This document shows positions 52,559-64,000 of a DNA stretch of 64,000 nt, piece by piece; position 1 is the first letter of the stretch, and each line of letters opens with the position of its first letter. This DNA comes from Auanema rhodensis (Eukaryota > Animalia > Nematoda), in assembly GCA_964057225.1 (NCBI GenBank), contig OZ059899.1, positions 5,890,001 to 5,954,000 on the forward strand. Direction: 5' to 3'. Under the pieces are notes generated by a model. The model did no database searches and had not been told where the DNA came from. It saw only the letters and a program-made list of their open reading frames with translations. Both the position numbers and the translations under genes were made by a program.

Positions 52559-54240
52559 CTAAGCAAAACCACGAGAATTTCGAACAGTTTGTTGTTCTGG
52601 ACACATCTGAGCAATAGCTTCATCAATGTTATCACAAAAACCTTTTTGAGAAAAGAAACGATCAAATCGAGCTCTCTGAAATTTAAATAATTAGTCTTGA
52701 ATGGAAAAATATAAATTTACTTGTTTCTGATAAGCTATATCACAGTCTAACTCAGGCCAATCTTTCTTATTGATGTGATGAATCATGGCTGCGGCTAGAT
52801 GTTCACCGGTAGGAGATTCAATCTAAAATTTATTTTTTTGATGAAAAAAACAAAAAAAAAACAGAAATATACCTTGCTACCCGTAATATCTTCTATAACA
52901 GTTTCAGCTGGTCCACCACTGTCACATACTATAACGGGTCTTCTTTGATCCAAAGCCTTTAAAATTTAAAATTAAAAAAGAAAAAAGTTGAAAATTACCT
53001 CAATTGGAACAATTCCAAAATGTTCATTTGGTGGTGTATATAAGGCTGTATCACATTGTCTGTATAAAACAAATTTCTCTTCTTCAGTAGGAGAAGCAAT
53101 GAATTCAACAACATCTTCAACATCGAATTCCTGAAAAGTTTGTCATGTTTGAGCTTAAAGCTTGTTGTTGAAACTTACTTGAACCATACGTCTTAATAAT
53201 TCGTAATAGATTTTACTTTCTGGGATATGTGGCATTACTGATCCAGCTAATTGAACAATAAAGTTGTAGCCTCCTTTCTTGAGAATAGCTGGAACAAGTT
53301 TAAGTTTTAGAGCGAAGCTGATAGGAAAAGGCTTACAAGCTGCTATAACGATGATGTCCAGACGCTTTTCTGGCCAGAATCGATTCATAGACATGAAAAT
53401 ATACTTTCCATTCGCTGCTCGAGCTCTCCGACTAACGGGGACAGCTGACTGAAACCCACTTTTCATTAGAAACATGCTGAAATTCTGGGAATTTACCGAA
53501 ATATTGGCATCTACATCACAAGGTGGATAGACAACTCTAACTTTATCTGTTGGAATTTGAGGCATTACTCGATGAAACTGAGAAGCTAAAAGAAAAATAA
53601 TAAACTTGACGAATAAGTTGGAAGAAAAACCTGTGAAATGACTGTTAACCATAATACAATCAACATATTCAAATAATAAACTTTCAACTGTACCAATAAG
53701 CTTAGAATACCATCTGAAACAAATAAAATTTGAAAAGAAAAAAGATTTTTGATAAACCTATAAAGGAAAAATCTTGATGGAGTGACAAGTTGTTGTGGAA
53801 AATGACAGTAAAATAGAACTTTACATTGTGGAAATCGATGTTTGATCAAAGGAACACAACTAAAATGGAAAATATTTGAAGCTTCTTGGGGTGAGATTGA
53901 TGAGGAATTACCTAGCTGAGTGGTCAACTACACATAAATCTGGCTTGAGATCACTTAGAACCATATGCCATCCTAGAGCAACATTTTGACTCCACCAATC
54001 TCCTGGATGAAGAGGAAGATTCAGATTTCGAATTTCTGGAAAGAAAGGCAATGATGAGACAAGAAGAAGCTGGAGCAACATACCGACACCCTCAAACTTG
54101 TGATTTTTCCAGTAATCATCAATCATGGTTGTTAGCCAAATAACTTGATGACCCTGGGAAACGAAGTGATTCAGAAGAGCAACACTACATCTATCTGATC
54201 CACCGTTCCATTGTTCCGGATGTATAATTACCACTTGCAT
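52559..54240 (-). CDS. bus-8: BUS-8 glycosyltransferase (GT4, ALG2-like), copy 1
   Basis: MQVVIIHPEQWNGGSDRC...LHPGDWWSQNVALGW...FYCHFPQQLVTPSRFFLYR...VNSHFT...SMNRFWPEKRLD...YTPPNEHFGIVPIEA...DSGGPAETV; ends RGFA-TAG. Confidence 0.92.
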
Positions 54241-57200
54241 CCTAGAAAATTATTTTATAATTTTAATTTGAAAAGAGTATCAACCGAAATGAAAGTTGAA
54301 AGAAGAAAGAAAAGTGGGTACAAGGTACGAGAAAAAAAATAAAGAGATATGTATCAAGATTAAGAACCTGGACATGTAAAGATGAACTAGATGAGTTGTG
54401 ATTGGAATCGCTAATTGAATAGCGGTATCTAATGCCTTCAAAAATTTAGCTCATTGAAGTACATTGAAAAGATGAAACGATGAAAAAAAAAGTTTCATCA
54501 ACACAATTAAGACTAAAAAGATCCGAAAATAGTTATTGAGTATTTCAATAGAATATGGGTACGATGTTGATGAAAACAAGTTCATTTATGAGAATTCTAA
54601 CATGAGTTATATGGATTCAGGAAAAATTGTGGAATTTTATTGAAATGCTGAAGGCGGATATGAAGATTCGAAATGGAAATTCTTTAATAATGACGATACG
54701 GTAAAACCTCGTGAAAGATTGTTATGAGAGATACATAAGACATACAAGTTGAAAGTGAAAATTAAAAGCTAAGAATTGTATGTATGTCATATAAATTTAT
54801 GAATATTTATGAATATATTATAAAGTAGAATATAATAAATTATTATAAAAATTAAAACAAATATTTGATCACTACAATGTTCTATGTATGATGATCACGG
54901 TAACAACGCTAACGAACAACCATAACGACGACAGACGATATCATCGTCAACGATATATCGTTGTAGATCTCATTTGTGTCTTATGAAATAGGAGGAAAAG
55001 AAGGAGGCAAAGTATGAAGAAAATGGTGGAATAGGATACATTGAAGGATGATATGAGATGGTAGCAATGTCTGGAAATGAATCTTATTTAGTTAAAATTA
55101 TATTACAGAACGGAGAAAGAATGGGAGGTGGTGGGATAAAGAGAAAGAACAAGACAACGACGTCAAACAGACATAGAAGTAGATAATAATGGAAAATTAG
55201 ATTATTGTCACAAACAATGGATACCTGGTAAGGTCTATGCTGGAATAAACTTAATCAGAACATCTAATCTCTTGCACTAAAATCAAATAGTTCTACCATG
55301 TCTCTTATGACTTCAATATGAAATTGATGATCATATTGGTAGTTATATGTATATACATATATAGTTAAAAATTTTAAAAATATTGCAATTTCTATATAAA
55401 ACTGTATTTATTTGAACGAATACTTATAATTTGAATTAAGTTTTTTTTTATAAATACATATTATATAATATATTTAAAAATATAATAAATACAGTGATAT
55501 GAATAAAATAATTATATATTAAAAATATATTTAAATAATTATAAAAAGAAAAATATTAATAATATTTATTAAGAATTATTAATAACATATTGAACTTCAA
55601 TCGTTAAATTTTCAATTTCAATAGATCCTTTAGAGCAATTATAAAAAAAAATCTTATCTGAAATTACAAGAAAGTAGAGAACAAACGTTTGAAATCTTGG
55701 AAATATAATATATTCAAAAGATTTGAACCAATTATTTATTTTGAATCAAAATCAGGTCATCAAGAGGAAAAACATTTTTCAAAAAAACCATCTCTAGTTT
55801 GTTTTTATGTTTTCCAACACTTTTTTAATAATCTGTCTATTTTTTTTGTTGTAAATGCTATGTAAAATTAATATTTTATTTTTTAAAAATAAAAATTATA
55901 ATAAATAAAGTTAAAGAATTGTTGAAATAAATATTTATAGTCTTCATTGTAATAAATAAATGTAATACATAATATGTTATAAATTTAAATTATAAAACAT
56001 GAAGAACTACTGCACAACGTCTAGACAATAATTTGAAAGACAAACTGTTTTAAAAATGAAAAACAACATACAATTAAATACAAAACTTAATTGAACAATC
56101 AATTTTGATTTAGAACATTTCAATTTTAAGGCCAAAAAATACTATTTATGATTATTATTGCAAATTAATAAGCATATATGCTAGCTATATCAATAATCCA
56201 ACAATATTTGTCAGACTTCTCACTGTCATTTAAAAATATGATAAGAGAAAATGAAAATATAATTAGAAAACAAGAAAATTAAGCAAAACCACGAGAATTT
56301 CGAACAGTTTGTTGTTCTGGACACATCTGAGCAATAGCTTCATCAATGTTATCACAAAAACCTTTTTGAGAAAAGAAACGATCAAATCGAGCTCTCTGAA
56401 ATTTAAATAATTAGTCTTGAATGGAAAAATATAAATTTACTTGTTTCTGATAAGCTATATCACAGTCTAACTCAGGCCAATCTTTCTTATTGATGTGATG
56501 AATCATGGCTGCGGCTAGATGTTCACCGGTAGGAGATTCAATCTAAAATTTATTTTTTTGATGAAAAAAACAAAAAAAAAACAGAAATATACCTTGCTAC
56601 CCGTAATATCTTCTATAACAGTTTCAGCTGGTCCACCACTGTCACATACTATAACGGGTCTTCTTTGATCCAAAGCCTTTAAAATTTAAAATTAAAAAAG
56701 AAAAAAGTTGAAAATTACCTCAATTGGAACAATTCCAAAATGTTCATTTGGTGGTGTATATAAGGCTGTATCACATTGTCTGTATAAAACAAATTTCTCT
56801 TCTTCAGTAGGAGAAGCAATGAATTCAACAACATCTTCAACATCGAATTCCTGAAAAGTTTGTCATGTTTGAGCTTAAAGCTTGTTGTTGAAACTTACTT
56901 GAACCATACGTCTTAATAATTCGTAATAGATTTTACTTTCTGGGATATGTGGCATTACTGATCCAGCTAATTGAACAATAAAGTTGTAGCCTCCTTTCTT
57001 GAGAATAGCTGGAACAAGTTTAAGTTTTAGAGCGAAGCTGATAGGAAAAGGCTTACAAGCTGCTATAACGATGATGTCCAGACGCTTTTCTGGCCAGAAT
57101 CGATTCATAGACATGAAAATATACTTTCCATTCGCTGCTCGAGCTCTCCGACTAACGGGGACAGCTGACTGAAACCCACTTTTCATTAGAAACATGCTGA

Positions 57201-57995
57201 AATTCTGGGAATTTACCGAAATATTGGCATCTACATCACAAGGTGGATAGACAACTCTAACTTTATCTGTTGGAATTTGAGGCATTACTCGATGAAACTG
57301 AGAAGCTAAAAGAAAAATAATAAACTTGACGAATAAGTTGGAAGAAAAACCTGTGAAATGACTGTTAACCATAATACAATCAACATATTCAAATAATAAA
57401 CTTTCAACTGTACCAATAAGCTTAGAATACCATCTGAAACAAATAAAATTTGAAAAGAAAAAAGATTTTTGATAAACCTATAAAGGAAAAATCTTGATGG
57501 AGTGACAAGTTGTTGTGGAAAATGACAGTAAAATAGAACTTTACATTGTGGAAATCGATGTTTGATCAAAGGAACACAACTAAAATGGAAAATATTTGAA
57601 GCTTCTTGGGGTGAGATTGATGAGGAATTACCTAGCTGAGTGGTCAACTACACATAAATCTGGCTTGAGATCACTTAGAACCATATGCCATCCTAGAGCA
57701 ACATTTTGACTCCACCAATCTCCTGGATGAAGAGGAAGATTCAGATTTCGAATTTCTGGAAAGAAAGGCAATGATGAGACAAGAAGAAGCTGGAGCAACA
57801 TACCGACACCCTCAAACTTGTGATTTTTCCAGTAATCATCAATCATGGTTGTTAGCCAAATAACTTGATGACCCTGGGAAACGAAGTGATTCAGAAGAGC
57901 AACACTACATCTATCTGATCCACCGTTCCATTGTTCCGGATGTATAATTACCACTTGCATCCTAGAAAATTATTTTATAATTTTAATTTGAAAAG
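52560..57995. repeat. Direct duplication: 52560-54275 matches 56280-57995 (1716 bp), separated by about 2 kb of unique DNA
   Basis: By-eye comparison shows no differences, introns included. The flanks are unrelated. Confidence 0.92.
56279..57960 (-). CDS. bus-8: BUS-8 glycosyltransferase, copy 2
   Basis: Same sequence as copy 1 at an offset of +3720; ends RGFA-TAA. Confidence 0.92.
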
Positions 57996-59182
57996 GTACA
58001 TAAACGATAAAAATTTCAATGCAGGTCAATGTGCCTGAATATAGTGGGTAGCACTTTTGTCCTCAAAGAAAAAAAGATGAACTGTATGAAACAAAAGCGG
58101 CTGTGATGTCAAGTTGTTAGTTATCTGACCTCATATCTCATTAGTAAAAGTGAAGACGAACAAGATTTTGAATGATGAAAGTGAGAAAACTTAGATATTG
58201 GACCCTACAGACCGAACGAGCCAAAGTTGTGTGTTCCCGTCGACCCACTTTCTGCTGTGGATTGCAGATTTTAATCTTTTAAAATGAAATATGGAAATAT
58301 CGCTACTTGATGTTCTCCTCTTCTTATTCTTCTTTGAAGATGACACTTTTTAATCAAAAATCTTCATCTTCTTATTCTTCTAATAGGATTTATAAAATAT
58401 TTTGAAAGAAAAAAAGAAATATTGAAAAACATGAAACAAACTAAAGTTGAGAATCGCATTAAGAAACTTTGTTGTAAAAATTTACTTTGAAACAGAAACT
58501 TAATTTATGAATAAAGTTTAGAATTCCTCTGTTTCTTTTTCCAAATAATAAAATTAAAAAGTTGAAGTTCAAAGAGTAACAAAGTAAGAAAGATGAGAAT
58601 TTTAATTTGACTCTCATATGTATTTGAGCGGAATCTCCAAAATCTTCTAGAGATCATTGAAATAAGAACTAGGGTATAGAGAGGTATGAGATTGAAAAAC
58701 AAAAGAGAGCTAGGTTAGTTAATCATGCTTTTTCAGGACAAATGAAGTCGTGCATAACATAACTAATAAATTAAAAAACTTTTCAAAAAACTTCGTAACT
58801 AATTCGTTTTTAACTAGCTTGAGTGAAAAGAAGTGAAATGAGAGATCAATCAGATATATATACACATATATTTAAAGATCGGGATATAGCTCAGATGTAG
58901 CTGATGAATCATCATAATTTTCATCGAAACTAATAGTTTTATAAATAAACGTTTATATATATATAGTTTTGAAGGGATATTATATATGTATAGTTATTGA
59001 AAATTTATGTTTGAATATACTATCTTCTAGTTATACTGTATATAATATATACAAGAGATTACGGTAAACTCGATAAGTAGTTCAAAACTTCGTTATAAAC
59101 TTATATATAAATCTGTGGTCAAGTTTGCAACTCATTTTTGAAACTTAAGTTTAACATTGTAATGATATAAATCGTACCTAAA

Positions 59183-59648
59183 TTAGAGGCTTGAACGTTC
59201 AACCACACGAACTTCGAAGTTCTGATTGGCGTCCTTAACACGAGGCTTGGCAGAGATGCCGCCGAGCTGAAATATCATAATGTATTAAAGCATTATAACA
59301 ACTTAATAGAGAATAAAGTTTTAATAATTTGCGATTATAAGCAAAGCATTACAAGCATATGTTCTAATATTAGGCGAAAAAGTTTTAATTAAGAGAGTGA
59401 AGTTTGAAGTATTTATAATATCATAATATGGCAAAACTAAGGACTATGATATGAGATGATAAACTCACAACTCGAGATTTAGGCGGAGGCTGTTGCTTTG
59501 ATAAGCTTACCTTGTCGTCTCCGGCGACGCTTGTTTCCGAAACGAGCTCTCTTCGGACGTACCAGATAACAAGGGAGAGAGGAACAGAGAAGAATAAGGC
59601 GTTGATGTATACTAAAGAGAGAAACCAACGGCTTAACGACTGATACAT
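59183..59648 (-). CDS. 73-aa single-pass membrane microprotein encoded upstream of bus-8 on the same predicted transcript; exons 59511-59648 and 59178-59266
   Basis: MYQSLSRWFLSLVYINALFFSVPLSLVIWYVRRELVSETSVAGDDK|LGGISAKPRVKDANQNFEVRVVERSSL*. Strong AAG|GTAAG donor and TTTCAG acceptor; C/G-ending codons in an AT-rich neighbourhood; a further donor (TAG|GTACG) 5 nt after the stop. Confidence 0.75.
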
Positions 59649-60451
59649 GCAGAGCTGCTAACACAGAATCAAAGTCTGGGTGTACGAGAATACGGTGGGC
59701 GGGGTACACAGACACGAGACCGGAGTCCAAGAAGGCGGATTCTGAGTCTACAGGCAAAATGAAAAGAAAGAGGGAGGAGATAAGCCCTGAAGGGGTGGGG
59801 GGATGGATCAACAGGAAGAAAGGGGGAAAAGAGGAGGAGAGGGGATGACCGTACCGTACGAGGATTGTTTAGATGGTCGCACCACGATATACAGAGGTAG
59901 AGAGAAGAGAAAAATCTCAGTCTCAAGCGATAGGAATGTAAGAGAGAGCATCATAACGAGAAAAACAGAATTACAGAGAGAGCTTAGTTAATGATGAGAT
60001 GATTGTCTGTTTCTCTTCAACTCTTCATACAGTCTACCTTCTATCTGGTAGTTTTCGTTCGTGAGATGAACATCAGACGCACGTAGAGACCCTAGCCACT
60101 ATGATGAATAAAAGAATCGTCTAGATGAATGGTCTGATATTGAAATTAGTTAAAGAAGATCGTCAGAGAGAAGAAGAAGAAAAGAAACAAAATTGCAAAT
60201 GTAAGAACTAATTGAAAAATTTGAACCAAGATTTCAGAAAAAATCTGGTTGAGCTTAGTATGCCTTTGTATTCTTCATTTTAATGCTTTACGTCATTGGA
60301 CAAATTGAAAACAAAAACTGAATTCCTTCATATTTTCGGCTGAAACATGATGTAAGTGTGATATGAGAGCAGAAAGCTGAATACGATTATGATGCTAGTT
60401 AATGACGCTATAGATCTCAATATTTTATAAGAAGAATTGAATAGAGATCGA

Positions 60452-60497
60452 ATTTCACGTGAATGTTCACATGAAAGTTCACGTGAAAGTTCACGTG
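60452..60497. repeat. 12-bp-period palindromic tandem (TTCACGTGAAAG)x4; related copies at about 10488-10590, 35532-35558 and 45640-45745
   Basis: ttcacgtgaatg ttcacatgaaag ttcacgtgaaag ttcacgtg seen directly. Confidence 0.8.
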
Positions 60498-61360
60498 CTC
60501 ATCCAACAATTTCCTTATATTTCTTTGAAATCAAATATATATTTCATCTTATTAACAAGAACCTTAACTGTTTTTATCAAATAAAATATATGTAATAACA
60601 TATCTATCTTATACATATATAGTTATAATAATTATTATAAATGAAAACAAATAAGAATTATTTAAACTATAAATTAATTAAAAGTAAACCATGTGTGAAA
60701 TGAAATCTTAAACTGTAGCCATTCTTAATCTGCTTAAATCATAATAGTAGCTTGGCAAGACGATCCCGAATAATGTTTTCAGATTTATTGATATAAAATA
60801 TTTTGAAAAGAAAAAGCTATTAGAGATATAATAAGTAAGTTAAAAGACTAGATTTTTGTATATTACAAATCTGTTTAATAGATCTTTGAATATATCCGGT
60901 TATAAGTAGCTACATATTTCAATACGACCGTTTCTTTTTTACATTTTTCTCTCTTCATCTTATTATGATGACCTTTGCGGATACAATATTTCTTTTCAAA
61001 CAAACAGTTCTCAGCTTTCCTAATATGATTTATTTATAAATCTTGATGTACAAAAAGAATTTGAAGAAATAAAAGAGAAAATTAATAGAAAAAGAAAAGA
61101 TTAGTTGGATATAGATAAAGAAAATTAAAGAATTATTAGGAAAATACATCATAAAGCATGTATTGCTAAAGCATTCAGTCTATCAAACTTTAAAACAAAA
61201 CGTTTCTAGTTAGATAAGAATATTTAGCTTCGAAAAAAGAAAAAACTTGAATCAAAGGAAGAATTAAGATACAGAGATGAACACTATGAATGCTATTTAG
61301 ATTGTAATTACTAGTTAAAGCATATATGATTATTTTTAATTTTTAGCTGTTTCTCTGGAA

Positions 61361-63521
<2,161 letters not shown>

Positions 63522-64000
63522 TCAGTTGTTGTTAAAAGCCGAACTATTGTTTATTTTCATTATGTCCTTAATAGTATTTTTTTGTTATTATTATATTTAA
63601 GATACATATACATATGTACATGATACATAACATCTGACATCTGTTTCTTATTAGAGACAGGTGTTATGCGACTAATTGAAGTGGCATTCCACTTCACCAT
63701 ACAAAACCATAACAGGAAGCCGCTGTTTTTTTAATGTAATATTTGATTATTGAACGGCCTTGTAACATAATTGAATTATTACTTATAATATTATAATAAA
63801 AATATGATTTTGCTATTAAATTAACATTTTAGTCTATATATATTATATAGCATTTTTAGATTTTTTAATTAAAATCAGTTAAGCATGATTGTTTTCCCTT
63901 CTTAATCAAACAAAATACAACACTAAAAATTTGCTATTGATTCAATACTTTAAATTATGCTAATTAGACGCATGCTCTGGTCAAGATTCTAATAAGTAAG

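Noticed and set aside
59479-59926. 110-aa ORF ending KRRRRRQG and an 85-aa ORF overlapping the microprotein gene
   Set aside because: The 110-aa frame has no AUG start and stops soon after splicing without reaching bus-8. The 85-aa ORF runs through pyrimidine-rich leader sequence. Codon pattern favours the 73-aa frame.

Overview
AT-rich eukaryotic genomic DNA from a rhabditid (clade V-like) nematode. Evidence: many 45-60 nt GT-AG introns with TTTCAG/TTTTAG acceptors, plus nematode-type genes such as bus-8, a nipi-3-like Tribbles and an ACC channel. I spliced the genes by hand. In order: the 3' part of an RGS gene (rgs-7-like, with several alternative first exons); a head-to-head pair of acid sphingomyelinases; a small 4-TM protein; a large secreted Cys-framework protein carrying two Gly/Pro/Arg/Phe/His repeat arrays; a multipass membrane protein; an acetylcholine-gated chloride channel (acc-3-like); a 76-aa secreted peptide; a Tribbles pseudokinase with a uORF and an intronic box H/ACA RNA; ERGIC3/erv-46 with a nested antisense 74-aa gene; MOZART1; PUS1; a secreted Cys-rich protein; two cationic Thr-rich mucin-like paralogs; two apparently identical bus-8 glycosyltransferase copies; and the 3' part of a tbb-4-like beta-tubulin. 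The most striking system is the bus-8 locus. A spliced 73-aa single-TM ORF, only partly shown in the ORF track, stops 6 nt upstream of and in frame with the glycosyltransferase ATG on the predicted mRNA, which implies a bicistronic message. The glycosyltransferase cistron alone is duplicated, with identity running from its splice acceptor to its stop codon. Gene names come from my recognition of the sequences, not from database searches.
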